Origin: Phyllosticta citribraziliensis
Lineage: Eukaryota
Assembly: GCF_038025025.1 (NCBI RefSeq)
Contig: NW_027117346.1
Span: 1,426,001 to 1,490,000, forward strand
DNA length: 64,000 nt
Direction of reading: 5' to 3'
The notes under the pieces are model-generated. The model did no database searches. It had not been told where the DNA came from and saw only the letters and a program-made list of their open reading frames with translations. Shown one piece after another: positions 24,546-37,319 of the stretch (the stretch's first letter is position 1; each line of letters begins with the position of its first letter). The position numbers and the translations under genes were made by a program.

Positions 24546-25415
24546 TTTGGAGATTCCTTGAATCGGAGTGTGTCGACAAGAGAACTCATCACTGATTTCA
24601 GCTACGTTGCTGTCGATTTGCGACCCCGCAGATAATCAGAAGCTTAACAAACTCAGCAAGAGACTACGTCATGCATGCTGCGCTAACCAGTCGAGGCTTG
24701 GTAGCAAAAGACGTGGCATGCGAAATCCAACAAGATTCTGCGAGTGGGGTCTGTTGAAGCGTACGACTACTCCTTGATGGGCCGCCCCTAAACGACTTTT
24801 GCGACCAAGCCTCACATCACGAAATCCTGTCGGTTCGGCGTCCCACCAACTCCGACCAAAGGTCAGTAATCAACGGCCGTCTTGACGTTTTGCGAACAGG
24901 GTGCATCGCCGTGGCCAAATGCGGCTAGCCTGGTTCGGAAAGAGTGTGGATCGCGCCGAGGATTGATAGGTGGGGTTTATCTCGAGGCCGAATGCGAGAC
25001 TTGCCTCGAAAGTCGTGACAAATACAACCAAATGTCTGGAGACAGGCCATGTGCTGGAAAGCCTTTGCATTCTTAAATCTCTGAATGGTTTGAATGCCGC
25101 GACTATCTACAGCTCCGAAAAGCTTAACTGCCTCGTATCAGCTATCCGCAAAGACTTTCGGGTCTCCAAGCTCCCTTTCTGCGCCACGACATTGCTGTGG
25201 CTGCTGGCGGGGCTGAGTAAGAGCTCGATGACGATAAGCGGGGTAGCACTGTCTGTCGTGATTGCTCTTCGTCGAGCGATCTCATAAACTACACAGATTG
25301 TCGTCGAAGCGGAATCGACTCTAACGCTTGAAACTTGTAGAAGGCGCCAAAGCATCGGAAAATTAACAGTGGTCAATACATCGAAAGAGAAGGATTGACT
25401 CCTCTGCTAGTCAAA

Positions 25416-26611
25416 ATGCTTCGAATACACTGCGAGGGCACGCCCTATGAAGTCAGTCATTCCAGCCTGAAACAAACCCCAACTAACGTCTTCCAGATTG
25501 GATATACACATGGCAGCAAAGCAGCGGAATCGGTCCGCGGCAGCCTCAAATTCTACGCCTCCATGTTCCAGGAGACGGCGAAGCTCTCGTGGTCAGAAGT
25601 GAGGGAGACGGCTCTCGAATTCTTGCCTTACATTGAGGAAAACTGTCCCGACTTTGTCGAAGAGATGCGCGGCATCGCCGATGGGACGGGCAATGGGACC
25701 ACTCTTGCCGACATTGTTGCGCTCAATGTGCGTACCGAAATCGCATTCGGCCTATTCAGCGACGGCTGCACGATGCTGGCATGGCACACGGCAGGAGCTA
25801 GCGGCAACAAAAAGGCGTTCATAGCCCAGAACTGGGACTGGCGGGCCGCGCAGTCCGGGAACCTGGTTTGCTTGACAGTCAAAGCGCCAGGCAAGCCCGT
25901 CTTGCACACACTGACCGAGGCTGGGTTGCTCGCTAAGGTTGGTTTCAATTCGAATGGAGTCGGTGTCACTCTGAATGCAATCAGGGCGCTCGGAGTCTCC
26001 CGAAACCGCCTGCCCACCCATCTAGCGCTGCGGACGGCACTGGAGAGCCGTTCCGTTGCCGGATTCCGCGCGACGCTTGATAGTCTGGGCGGCTGCGCGG
26101 CGGCCTGCACGATTGGTGTGGCGGACCGCGACGAAGCCGTCTCTCTGGAGTGCAGCGCGTTCGACATCGTGGCGTTGCGGCCAGAGTCGCTCAAGGCCGG
26201 CTCTTCGTCGTTTCTCGCACACACCAACCATTATGTCCTTCCGCATGCGCAGGGCGTGGCCGAGATACCCTATCTTGAGGACAGTCGACCGCGGCTGGCG
26301 CGCGTGCGCGAGTTGTGCGAGGGCCTGGCGTGGGGACGCCAGGAGCCAACCGTGAACGGACTGCGAGTCGTTTTTGGTGACGAAAAGGGGAGACCATTTG
26401 CTATTAACCGGTAAGTCTCCGCATGACTATTTTGAGCGTTGCTGATGTCTTCTTTTCCAGTGGCGGCGACAAGGAGGGCGATGTTCTCAGAAATACAGAA
26501 GGCTCAGTGACGCTGTTCAATGTCATCATGGATCTAGTCGCGAGGCGCGCGTGGGTCAAGGTTGGGAGACCGACGGAAGGAGGCGACGACTTTGAATTGG
26601 GATTTGAATGA
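25416..26611 (+). CDS. Peptidase C45 / acyl-CoA:6-APA acyltransferase-like Ntn hydrolase, 3 exons
   Basis: ATG 25416; introns 25452-25496 (in frame) and 26411-26460. LNVRTE, DG|CT autocleavage site, AQNWDW, TEAG and HTNH motifs. Confidence 0.9.
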
Positions 26612-27338
26612 GATGGTTTGGAGAGTATGTGGTTGTGTATCAATTGACCGGACATGTTAGCAATAAGCTTTCGATCAGGAGTTGGGGAGTTTTGGTCTCT
26701 GGTGCAACAAGACCGACAAAGCGCGTAGCTCATCCACCTTATCAGCCTCTCCGCCTGCATATAAGGAGCATCCGTCCACTGCTGCGGATGAAATAGGGAG
26801 CAGTCGTCCGCTGCCTGTACCACAACCAGACCGCAGCAGCTGTTCACCACCACCGCTCGCCGGATGAATATCATTCCTCTCGACACCCACTTTGACACGA
26901 CGTCTCTCATTCTTCCAGAAATTCAGCCTTGCACGCCTGAAAGCGCGCAATCTCAGCCAAGAGCCGCCGCCCCAGTGTTTAAACTCTACCAGCCACGCCG
27001 GCCTGACTCCAGCATCCAATCATCACGGCCGAGCAGCACAGCAGCGGCGCAGCACAGACACACCAGTGTTTGCTTTTCGCCAGCAGACGTTGGAAGTTAC
27101 GCCGGAGCAGATGCTTGATACAGCGAGCTGCAGAGGCACTAAGGCTAGAAGAGGCTGCAGCTGCGGGCGTGGGAAGCATTCCGGCGGCCCGCGGAGAGCA
27201 TAGTTTGGACCATCCCCGCCGTACAAACACGTTGGAAAAATTAACTCTCTGCGGCGGTCGATCTCGCAGCACGTCTTCCTTATCCAGAAATCCAAAGAGT
27301 GTCGTCCTCTATGACCGCCTTGGACCCACTGTTCCACA

Positions 27339-29534
27339 ATGACTGGGGAAGCACCTGCATTCAAGACCGAAGCAGGCGGAAATGGTGCTCCCTCCGCAGA
27401 TGAAGAGCAACAGCGCGCTCGGAAACGGCCCAAGATTCGGCGAACGACGTTTGCATGCTATCGCTGCCATCGGCGCAAAATCAAATGCGATGGGCAGAAG
27501 CCGGCGTGCTCCAACTGCGTCCAGGCGAAGCAGCCATGCCACGGCATCCTCGACGGCGAGTCCAAGACGGTCATTCCGCGCAGCATCGCGCAGTACCTGC
27601 GAGACAAGATTTCGGAAAAGGAGCGGCTGCTGCAAAAGCTGGGCGTCGAATATGACGACGGACCGCCGATCCCTCTGCTGCCGACGCCGTTGTCCAGTTC
27701 GGAGACAAGATTGGACTCGAGATCTCCGGGTATCGCCGAGCTTGATACTAGAATTACTCTCCAGCGATATGACCTCGCGTCCGAAGCTTTTGCCTCGTTT
27801 GGAGCCGATCTGGGAGGATCCATCATCAACTCCAAAACCAAGTTTCCATGCGGCACCTTTTTGTTTGCATCATCTCACCTACCGTCGGCGACGCCGCTGC
27901 CTGTGGATGACCAATTCAGGGATGAATATCTCAAACCCAAAGCGTCCAACGCCCTCGATCAGATACCGCAAGATGTCAAGGAGCGGCTTATTGCCTTGTA
28001 CACTGACAAGATACTCCCCTTGTATCCCTTTGTGGAGCGATCAGCGCTTTGGGCAGCCTTTCATCGTGTGCAGGCTGGGGGAGCATCCACATACGACATC
28101 TTCATCGTCTCCATGATGATTGCCGTAAGCATGATGACGTCCAAATTCAACGATTCGGCCAAGATTGCCTCCGTCTCGCAACGAGTCTTTTACCATGCGT
28201 TGCTGCATACCGATTCCCTGTTCGAGACGTCGTTGCAAAACGTGCAAGGCATTCTTTTTCTATCCGAATACTCGTATCTGATGCCAAGGGCCGCTCGGGT
28301 TTGGGATACCATCGGGCTGGGAATGAGGATGGCTTTGGAACTGGGGCTCCATCGAGATCCAGAAGAGACATGTGGCCGGGGGCTGAGCGAGTCTGAAAGG
28401 GAAATGAGACGCTGCATATTTTGGACCCTTTACATTTTCGACCGCTCCACGTGCGTTACGAGCCACCGTCGTCTTGGTGTAGCCGATGATTCGATATCGA
28501 CCAAGTATCCAAGCGGGATGGAGGGATCCTTCTTCATCAACAACATTCGATTCCGACGAATTCAGTCAGAGCTGTGGACGGTAAACTACCTCCGCAGAGG
28601 ACTTCCGCTCTTGACGGAGCCTGGCAGCTACGAGGCGTGGGCCCAAAATATCGAGAGCCGCATGAAGGCATGGGAGGGAGAAGTTCTCGGGAAGTCATGC
28701 AATTCCTGGGGGTGTGATTGGTTCAACATTGCCGTTGCGCACGGAATCGTTTTCCTACGCCGGCCAACGCCGCGAAATCCACATCCTGGACCAGATTCTC
28801 TGCTCAAGTGCTTCGACGCGGCGACGATGGTGGCATCCGGATACTGGGAAAATGCTCACTACGGCTTCCTCAAGTACAGCTGGCATGCCGTGCACCACGG
28901 ATTCGAAGCCGCAATTGCAATGCTTTTCGCAGTCCGGCATTGCAAAGAAAAATTGATTGAAAAATTTGGAGTCCAAAAGATTCTCGACACCATGCATCTT
29001 TTCAGTTCGCTGTTGGTCCTGATGAGTAAACGATGGTCCCAAGCGAATGCTAGTCTCGAGTCATACGAGCGGTGCAAAACAGTCGTTTTGCTCGAGTTCA
29101 TGTCGCCTCAAGTCGACTCGCCGGTGAGGAATGACGAGTTGGATCGGCTCATCTTGCCGCATCAGGCGCTGGCTGACCAGGCGGAACATCCTGGCAAGCG
29201 CGTTCTAAGACCAGAACACCATTCGACCTCGAATAATCAGCAAAGGTCTTTGCAGGCAGAGACCAGGTCGGCTACAGGAGGTTTGGCGCAATCTTCGAGC
29301 AGTCAACAAGCACTGCAGTTCAGCAAGCAACAACAGACCTCTTTCCCTTTGGAATCTATTAGTATTCCCTTCGACTTCAGTTTTCCTCTTCCCCCCGAAT
29401 TCGTGCCCGGTTCGAGTGCGACATGGAAAGACAATTGGGTGCCAGGTGGACCAGCCATGCTGAATCAAAAAATGGAATGGGATGAGATTCAACCGGACGC
29501 TAGCGGCGTCGACGGTATGATATGGTCAATGTAA
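27339..29534 (+). CDS. Zn(II)2Cys6 transcription factor with fungal-specific TF domain
   Basis: ACYRCHRRKIKCDGQKPACSNCVQAKQPC; middle-homology region ELGLHRD...RRCIFWTLYIFDR. Confidence 0.95.
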   Translation: MTGEAPAFKTEAGGNGAPSADEEQQRARKRPKIRRTTFACYRCHRRKIKCDGQKPACSNCVQAKQPCHGILDGESKTVIPRSIAQYLRDKISEKERLLQKLGVEYDDGPPIPLLPTPLSSSETRLDSRSPGIAELDTRITLQRYDLASEAFASFGADLGGSIINSKTKFPCGTFLFASSHLPSATPLPVDDQFRDEYLKPKASNALDQIPQDVKERLIALYTDKILPLYPFVERSALWAAFHRVQAGGASTYDIFIVSMMIAVSMMTSKFNDSAKIASVSQRVFYHALLHTDSLFETSLQNVQGILFLSEYSYLMPRAARVWDTIGLGMRMALELGLHRDPEETCGRGLSESEREMRRCIFWTLYIFDRSTCVTSHRRLGVADDSISTKYPSGMEGSFFINNIRFRRIQSELWTVNYLRRGLPLLTEPGSYEAWAQNIESRMKAWEGEVLGKSCNSWGCDWFNIAVAHGIVFLRRPTPRNPHPGPDSLLKCFDAATMVASGYWENAHYGFLKYSWHAVHHGFEAAIAMLFAVRHCKEKLIEKFGVQKILDTMHLFSSLLVLMSKRWSQANASLESYERCKTVVLLEFMSPQVDSPVRNDELDRLILPHQALADQAEHPGKRVLRPEHHSTSNNQQRSLQAETRSATGGLAQSSSSQQALQFSKQQQTSFPLESISIPFDFSFPLPPEFVPGSSATWKDNWVPGGPAMLNQKMEWDEIQPDASGVDGMIWSM

Positions 29535-30638
29535 ATCGGAAAGCTAAGGAAGCAGCTGAAGTGTCAACGATTACCACATGTCTTGTCATGAGCCGAGCAT
29601 GGAGAACTGAAAATCTAGACCGAGGCAGACTGTTAAACAGATGCCCAACAGACATGGAAATAAAGCAAAGTTGCCGTATCGACACACGGCAGTTAGACGG
29701 GAAGGCTGCCGCGTAAAGCCGAACATGGATATAGATGGCCAAGCTGCGACATGATTTGTGCATTTCTGTCGCAAAGCCCTGAAGAACGAGAACGAGGTCT
29801 GAACGATTCAATCTTTGCTCATTCCCATCGGAGGATTTTTACCGCTTCACCGATCTGCAGTGTATAAAGAGACCTCTGCTCCGCATCTGACCGCTCGTTC
29901 GCTAGGCGTTGAACTCTCTTGTTGAAACTGAACTTTGCCTACCTTTTGCAACCGCAAATCTTTTGTTTCCAGCCTCCAAGTCACCTTTAAAGTAGGTGTT
30001 GAAAAGCGAGACTTCCTGGACCTAGCTGAATTGATCATTGTCAGCTCCCAAAGTGCATCTGTGATGGCGGATGACAGCCCCCTAGGCGTAACTCTTGCAG
30101 TGAACGAACGCTCCTTGCCATCCATGTTGCCAGGAAGTCTCGTTTCTTTCAACAGCCACTGTGTCCGCCCTAATGACCACCCATGAGACGGAGATGTCGG
30201 CGATGGTTCGGTTCCCAATTTGTTCGCTCGACGGGATCGAGATCTCCCCGCCCGCGGACCCAGTGGAAAAGGTTGTCAATGAACCATGTTTTTCGGAGCT
30301 TCGCCGGGGCTTGGCCTTGGACCTGCCAGACAATATACATTGGGACGGAAAAGAATAACCCGAGAAATCTCAAGCGCATGGGTATTTTGCCAAAAAAAAT
30401 CATGTCGTCGACACTTGTCGAATTGCACGACGAGTCGACGAATTTCCCCCCCAACGCCTCGTGAAAAGCAGGGACAAGCCAAGACTCAAGTGGCGACCCA
30501 AGGTCCTCTTGCTTTGGACAAGCTTCTGCCCTACCAAACAAGGCTTCATGTCGGTCCTTGGCGAGCACCTTGGAGCAACGGAGAGATTTGCATCGCGAGG
30601 TGCATCGCGAGGTGCCTGCGAGATTTGCCCACCACCTC

Positions 30639-32775
30639 ATGGAACCGCAAATCAGTACGGAGAATGTGCAGGCGGCGCTCAACTCTCTGTCATCATGCAT
30701 CCGCTGCCGCGAGCGGCGAGTTGGCTGCGATCGTTTGCTGCCAAGTTGCCAGGCGTGTGTAGCCATCGGAGTCGAATGCGAGCAGAATGATCCTTTTTTG
30801 GAAACCAGGTTCCCTCGAAGGTCGGTACGCGGCCATAACTCTGCGCTTCTCCTTTTCTGAGTAGAGCAACAGCTATCTCCAGGCTCTGTATTTGAGACTC
30901 CAACACCTGGAGGCCATTGAAGCCCACGTGGCACCTCAACTGCAGGCTCGTGCCGTTGTTGCGGCTGCAAACATAACTTCTCCGTCGCGGCAACCGACAA
31001 GTTTTCCATCTCTTGCTTCCAACTCTCCGTCCGTTTCAGAAGGCTCGTCCACTTCCATGGCTGGATCTTCAAACTCTCATCCCTCTCATCCCCAACGCCT
31101 TACCGAAGTCAAAACCAGGCATGAAGTGTTTAGTGAATGGGGGCCTTCTTCTGCCATGGCACATCTCCGACTAGTTGCCACTCTTCTCAATGTTCAAATC
31201 GCCCGTCCTCTTCACAAGGTGGTGGAATTCCCTGTCGACATTCCCTCGGCACGAGCACCTGCTCCGACTAGCGACACAAAACCTCAACTACCACCAATCC
31301 AGACTAGCCAATTCCTTCTCGAGTTTTATTACCAGTGTGTGGACAAGTTTCAGCCAATCCTGGGCAGAGAACTGGGAGACCGCGACCTGGAGCGATTATA
31401 TGCAGGCAGAGGAACCCCAGAGACCTTTCGACCATGCACGCGAGCACGACTGGCTCTTGCAATCGCAGCACGATGCCTTTTCAGGAGTACCACAACACAA
31501 GGGGTCTCCCAAGCCGCCAAATCACAAGGACCCTCCCAGTCACAAGCCTATCTCGAACTTTCAGACAACATGTTCGAGGCAGCCGTTTCCAACCTGAGAA
31601 TCGTTTTCCAAGATTCCAACTCCCTCTTGGAAGTCGTCTCATCGTCGGCTTTCGAAAATGAAGAAGCTCACGCCATGGCAAAACTTCAAATCGTACTGCT
31701 CATGGTGTGCTACGTCCTGACTGCTCCCGGCAAGGGCAACATATGGCAGCTTCTGGGGTTTGCAGAGCGTCTTTGGCGGAGCATTCAAAACGCCCGATCT
31801 CAACTGAGACGAAGCAGTGGCCAGGCCCAACTCTTCAACAACACTACGTCAACGCCGAATTTTCTCTATACCAGCTTCATCTCCTTGGAGCGCATGGTGG
31901 GCATGGCATTCGGGAGGCCGATAGACTTCCTAGATTTCGCAGAGGATGACGAGCCCACTTTTAGCCCGCAAGACACGACGGTACCCGCTCTCCATGCGGC
32001 AATTTTGGAAATCCGGCAGAAAGTTCATTCGACCTTTCTGAGCTGTACCGGTCCACAAGAGTCGCGGAGGGGAATCCTGAGCTCGATTGACAACGCAACT
32101 GGGAGCTTGGAGTGGTATTTTACCATTCGTGACCGTGCTGACGAGTGGTTTGATAAATGGCAAAAGACAGTCGAACAGATGAGTGGTGAATCTGCTTCGA
32201 ATCGAGGCCCGCCTCGGCAAAGTGGCGATGGCAGTAAAGACTTTATGGTTCTGACCGGCTGCAAGTTCAGAGACGAGACTCTACACCTTGCGTTTTGTTT
32301 GCTGCTTCAAAAGCAGGCCAACGCGGTGCCGCAGGTTCATGGTGGGCCGGTCCAAAATCCGATGGCCAACAATTTCCGGTTCAGACGGAGAGTCTCAATT
32401 TTACCTCCTGACGTCCTTGCCGAAGGCAGAGGCATCGTTCATCGGCTCACCAGCCACCTCACAGTCCTTCTTCGCCGTGCTTTTTATATTCAGGATCCGC
32501 CGTCGTTGAGGCACGTGCCGCTGGTTTTTCCACGAACATGGATAGCTGACATAGAGATCTTTCGCGTGGCTGTCACTGCAGCCTACCTTTCCAAGTGTTC
32601 GCTCCGCCCGGAAGACACGAGCAGCGCAAGATCTGGGGTTCGAGAGATGGACATGACTTGGGAGGTGGCTTCTTGTATAAAACTGTTGAACCAAACAAGC
32701 GCCGAGGTCAACACAGAAGGACTCACGGAGGCGGTTTTATCTTTGGTACAGAATGATGGCGCTCCAACGACGTAG
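30639..32775 (+). CDS. Zn(II)2Cys6 transcription factor, 2 exons
   Basis: ATG 30639, SCIRCRERRVGCDRLLPSCQACVAIGVEC; intron 30821-30872 joins ORF 30892 in frame; LERMVGMAFGRP motif. Confidence 0.88.
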
Positions 32776-33005
32776 AGGTAATGGGACGCCTGTTTGGTTC
32801 AAGAAGAATAGAGCTGGAGTGTAGAAGCCATTGTTAATAGAATAGATAGTGGAGTGGTTTCGGAGACGGAAGTCCGAAGACCGAGCTTACCCTTGTCCCG
32901 CGTTTCCCTGCGTCATTATTGCAACCATCTTTCCCGTCCATCTCAAGCCGCTTCACCAATTATCGACTTCTTCCACCAACCTTGTATCATCGCCTTGAAC
33001 ACAAA

Positions 33006-34172
33006 ATGTCAGACCGTCCCTCTACACCGCCCAGGCAGACGAACCAAGGAAACGCGGCGCCACTGACTCCGGAACAAGTCCGACAGCTCGAGATCAACCG
33101 CCTCAAAGCCAAAGCCCTACGCGACCAAACCGCCACCTCTTCGAGATCACAAACCCCCCAGATCGCTGGCCAGAAGCGGTCCTTTTCTTCAACATCTCAA
33201 CCCAACGCCACCCGTAACCACCTCGATGCCAGAACACCTGGTGCTCAACCCGGCGCCATGTCGCAACCCTCCGATGATGCGCACATTCGTCCGGCGGCCA
33301 AATACCGCAAATCCGCATACATCGAGTACGACCTTTCCGCCATGACCGACACCAAAGGTGGCTTCCTCTCAGCAACCGACGACCCGCACAACCGAGCCTT
33401 GCACGGCTCGAACCGGGGGAAAGATGACGCAGAGGAAAAGCCGGCTCACATGACGCTCGAGGAATGGCAGCGGCACCGGCTACTCCAAAAGCTGCGCGCG
33501 ACCAAATCAGGCCCCTTCGAGCCCGGCATATCGGTACTAGACAAGGACACGGACGGGGCAGGCAAGAGCAAGCAGCTGGTCTGCCGCGAGTGCGGGACGC
33601 CCGAGCTGGACTGGACATTCCAAACGACCTTCAACCTGCTCGTGTGCAACCGGTGCAAGGAAGAGCACGCGGACAAGTACAGCCTGCTGACCAAGACCGA
33701 AGCGCGCGAGGACTACCTGCTCACGGAGCCGGAGCTGCGCGATGAGGAGTTGCTGCCGCGCATGGAACGGCCCAACCCGCACAAGGCGAGCTTTCACAGC
33801 ATGCAGCTGTTTGTCCGCTGCCAGGTGGAAGAGTATGCGTTTAGCGCGCGCAAGTGGGGGAGCGCCGAGGCTCTTGATGACGAGTTTGAGCGGAGAGAGA
33901 TTCAGAAGAAGGATCGCAAGGAGAAAAAGTGGAAGAACAAGTTGGAGGAGTTGAAGAAACGGACGCGCGTGGATGCGTATAGGCGGCAAAAGGCGGCCGG
34001 CATAGCACCGACTGGCGGCGACGGGAGAGAGGCTCAATTTGGTGACAAGGTCAAGGGACGGTTTGACAAGCACGAGCACGAGTGGGGCCGCTCGGTGGAA
34101 GATCCGGAGACGGGTGCTGTCAAGAAGAGGTGTATAGATTGTGGGATGGAGGTCGAAGAGCTGGAGTTTTGA
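33006..34172 (+). CDS. RAD14: DNA damage recognition protein Rad14/XPA
   Basis: YIEYDLSAMTDTKGGF, zinc finger CRECG...CNRC, YSLLTKTEAREDYLLT, KWGS and HEHEWG...CIDCG. Confidence 0.95.
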   Translation: MSDRPSTPPRQTNQGNAAPLTPEQVRQLEINRLKAKALRDQTATSSRSQTPQIAGQKRSFSSTSQPNATRNHLDARTPGAQPGAMSQPSDDAHIRPAAKYRKSAYIEYDLSAMTDTKGGFLSATDDPHNRALHGSNRGKDDAEEKPAHMTLEEWQRHRLLQKLRATKSGPFEPGISVLDKDTDGAGKSKQLVCRECGTPELDWTFQTTFNLLVCNRCKEEHADKYSLLTKTEAREDYLLTEPELRDEELLPRMERPNPHKASFHSMQLFVRCQVEEYAFSARKWGSAEALDDEFERREIQKKDRKEKKWKNKLEELKKRTRVDAYRRQKAAGIAPTGGDGREAQFGDKVKGRFDKHEHEWGRSVEDPETGAVKKRCIDCGMEVEELEF

Positions 34173-34411
34173 AGTTCTTTCACGAATTAGAACCATTGAC
34201 TGTCTCATATCACCCCAGCGAAGAGCGCTGATGCTGCCTAGCCCATTTGGCCATGTCCATTGCGCCGATAGCCTTCCATCTTGTACGCCATTCATATCCC
34301 TGAGAAGCCCATGAAGCAAAATAATAAGTACTGGAAATGCAGGTAGACGGCAGCCGGTGAGGGCATGTTTTTCCCATGGCGCTCCGCTGCAGAAGCAACC
34401 CCGTCTTAGAC

Positions 34412-35626
34412 TTATTTGTCGCCTTTCTTCTTGCCCCTCAAAGTCTTTCCCTCGCCCTCAAACCGAGGCTTGTCACTGTCGTCGCCAGCCGCCCCCTCTT
34501 TTCCTTTGACTGGCTTGATCTCATACCCAAAGAAGAGCTTGCCTGGCGGTAAACGCAACGGCTGCGGACCGTTGTTTCTTCGCACCGGAGCAGCGCCGTA
34601 CGGCTGTGGCTGGCTGTTTGTGCTCTTGCCCTGCACAGGAGTCGATGGAGTGGGTGTAGGCGCCTTGCTCCCTCCCGCCGTCTTCTTGGTCGATGAGAGC
34701 TTGTGGCCGCCGGTCAAAAAGTTGGACGACACAGCTTTGGCGCCAGCCGCAGCCGACGTGGACGATGGTGCTATCGCCGCGTAGTTGATTGCCTGCGACA
34801 TGGTGCCGGCTGCATGTACGAGGCCGCCACCTGGCAGGCTAGCCGCGCTACGCGGCGTGCTGGTGCCGCTACCGCCGATGCCTGCCACCTTCTTTGGCTC
34901 CTCGTAGCCGACCGGCGGCGCAAAGTCGACCGAGAGATCCGTTTCCAGTGTGCAAATTGCGTGTGTTGAAGTGTCGGGCTTGACTTCGAGGACTCGGATC
35001 GAGTAGACTTGATCATTGTAGGCAAAGGTGAAGACGTCGCCGACAGTCAGGCACGAGAAGTTGCGGAAGGCTTGTTCAAGGACGGCTTTCGGGTCGGAAA
35101 TGTCGAGAAAGGCGGGCGACTGCGGTTCCAGCTTGATAAATGTACCCAAAGGCAGGTCAGTCGACTTGACCTGCAAGAGGTCGCCGGGCTCGAGCGAAAG
35201 CGTTTGCATGAGCTAGAATAGTCAGTACAAGCTCTGATAGAGCAGAAGACCACGCACCCAATACGGCAGATAGATCTTGCCCTCTTCCGCAATGAATTCC
35301 AACACACCAGCGTGTGTCGTCTTCTGCGCTGCGCCGTTGATGAGCTCAAAGAGCATGGGGTATGTAATGTGGAGCCGAGTGAGCTTGTCGAGGGCCGACG
35401 GAGGCAGAAACACTTTGCCGCCGTGGTTTGCGTCTTCGCGTTCCGGACCGGGCATCATGACGACTGGGTAACAGCGAAAGTATTCATCGAAACGACGGGG
35501 TGCGCCGCCGCGCATGCCCATGGCTGCTTGGTACATTGCCATGGGATCGTCCGAGTCCATGTAGTTGCCGCCAAACTGTGTGGCGGTTATTTTCTAGTCA
35601 GGAGTTTGGAAGAGGTGACGAACCAT
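34412..35626 (-). CDS. UFD1: Ubiquitin fusion degradation protein Ufd1, 3 exons (first coding exon is the ATG alone)
   Basis: FDEYFRCYP, GGKVFLPPSAL, THAGVLEFIAEEG, FLDISDPKAVLE and FEGEGKTL; introns 35576-35623 and 35213-35257. Confidence 0.95.
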
Positions 35627-35924
35627 GGTGGATGTGAGGTTGAGGAGGGATTCGGGTGAGCGGAGTACGTGAAGGTGAGTGGCAGGAAGTGGGAGATGAA
35701 AAGTTGTAGAGGGGAGTAGTAATGATCGGTGGTGTTGAGCTTCCGATGGAATGACGAAACCCGCCAAGACGTGGAGAGCTCCGCGCAAAAGCTGACCCTC
35801 GCAGAGCTCCAACTCCACACTTCCCTGCTCCATCTGTCATTTCCACGTTTCGCTTCAAACCAAACAATCAGAGCTTCGGAAACTCGCAATTCGACCATCC
35901 ACAACACACGCATCGGTTAACAAC

Positions 35925-37319
35925 ATGGCCGGCCGTCCTCACCGCGGCGCGCCTCGCCCGAAGCGTCCACCTCCAGACCTCCCCTTCCCGGTTGACTCTT
36001 CGACAAAACAGGACTCCAAAAAGCCTAGATTCGACTACCGAAACCCTTCCACACTCGCCGCAGATGCCCCAGAGGAGGATACGGTCCTTGAGCTCGACGA
36101 AATTGGAAAAGGTGGTGCTCAGACCAAGCGCAATGCAGTCAACCTCGACGGTTATGACTCAGATTCCTCGGAAGAAAACTTTGATGCGCGGGCAGCTGAA
36201 AAGGAGCGAGCTTCGAAGCAGCAGCAGAAGAGCAAGGATGAGGAGGATGCGGACATGTTTGCCGATCTGGAGGACGATTTGAAGGACGGCGATGATGATG
36301 AAGACTTGAGTCGAGAAGGCAAAAAGAAAAAGGACGTGCGGTTTCTGGATGAAGACGACATTGAGGGACAAATCGCAGACAGCAAGTCGGGTGGGCACGT
36401 TTCGGCGAATTTCAAGCTGGACGAAAAGGGCAAAGGCAAATCGGCTGGACGAGATGACGAGAGCAGCAGCGAAAGTGGTGGAGACGAAGAGCGCGATAGA
36501 GTCGGAAGCGAAGTCGACGAGGAGCTTGGGGCTGGTTCAAAGAAGAAGCACGCGCCAAAGCTGGATGCCTTCAACATGAAGGCTGAAAACGAAGAGGGTC
36601 GATTTGATGAGTCGGGCAATTACATTCGCAAAGCAGATCCGGACGCAATTCACGACACATGGATGGATGGCTTGACAAAGAGGGATATGAAGGCGGCCAA
36701 GGCGGCCGAGGAGAAGCGGGAACAGGATCGACGGAAGCGCGCCCTGGCCGACGACTCCCTCTTGGCGAGTGACCTTTTGTCAACTCTCATCACACGCATG
36801 GAGCGCGGCGAGACTGTACTAGAGGCCTTGCAACGCCTGGGTACGGGCAAGAAGAAGGAAAAGCCCAAACCAAAATGGCAAAAGAACAAACGCAAGACTT
36901 CCGACGGCGCTAATGGTCACGAAGACGACGATGCCATGGACGTCGATGCTGCGCCCAAAGAGGAGGATCCGGCAGAAAAGAAACGCCGCGAGACGGTCGA
37001 GGCAATTACCGGTGCCGCAGACCAACTCTTCTCGCGCGGCCAGACAGAAATTTACGAGGCCGAGCGCGAATTATTGATCCGGCAATACAAACGTGAGACG
37101 GGTGAGGAATGGGTCGAGCAAGAGAAGGAGGACGAACAGGGCGAGACGAAGATGTGGGAATACCGATGGAGCGACGCGCGAGATGGTGGCGAGAAGCATG
37201 GGCCGTATGATGGGCCAACGATGACGGCGTGGAATGATGCTGGGTACTTTGGGAAGGCTGTCGAGTTTAGAAGGGTGGGAGACACGGGATGGGAGAAGGT
37301 CGTTGTGAGCTTCACGTAG
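35925..37319 (+). CDS. LIN1: U5 snRNP GYF-domain protein Lin1/CD2BP2
   Basis: LDAFNMKAENEEGRFDESGNY, GETVLEALQRLG and C-terminal GYF domain (WEYRW...HGPY...WNDAGYF). Confidence 0.92.
   Translation: MAGRPHRGAPRPKRPPPDLPFPVDSSTKQDSKKPRFDYRNPSTLAADAPEEDTVLELDEIGKGGAQTKRNAVNLDGYDSDSSEENFDARAAEKERASKQQQKSKDEEDADMFADLEDDLKDGDDDEDLSREGKKKKDVRFLDEDDIEGQIADSKSGGHVSANFKLDEKGKGKSAGRDDESSSESGGDEERDRVGSEVDEELGAGSKKKHAPKLDAFNMKAENEEGRFDESGNYIRKADPDAIHDTWMDGLTKRDMKAAKAAEEKREQDRRKRALADDSLLASDLLSTLITRMERGETVLEALQRLGTGKKKEKPKPKWQKNKRKTSDGANGHEDDDAMDVDAAPKEEDPAEKKRRETVEAITGAADQLFSRGQTEIYEAERELLIRQYKRETGEEWVEQEKEDEQGETKMWEYRWSDARDGGEKHGPYDGPTMTAWNDAGYFGKAVEFRRVGDTGWEKVVVSFT

Noticed and set aside
25356..27245. 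Shared GGAAAA(A)TTAAC motif upstream of the C45 gene (25356) and TF1 (27234)
   Set aside because: Only two imperfect AT-rich instances; could be chance.
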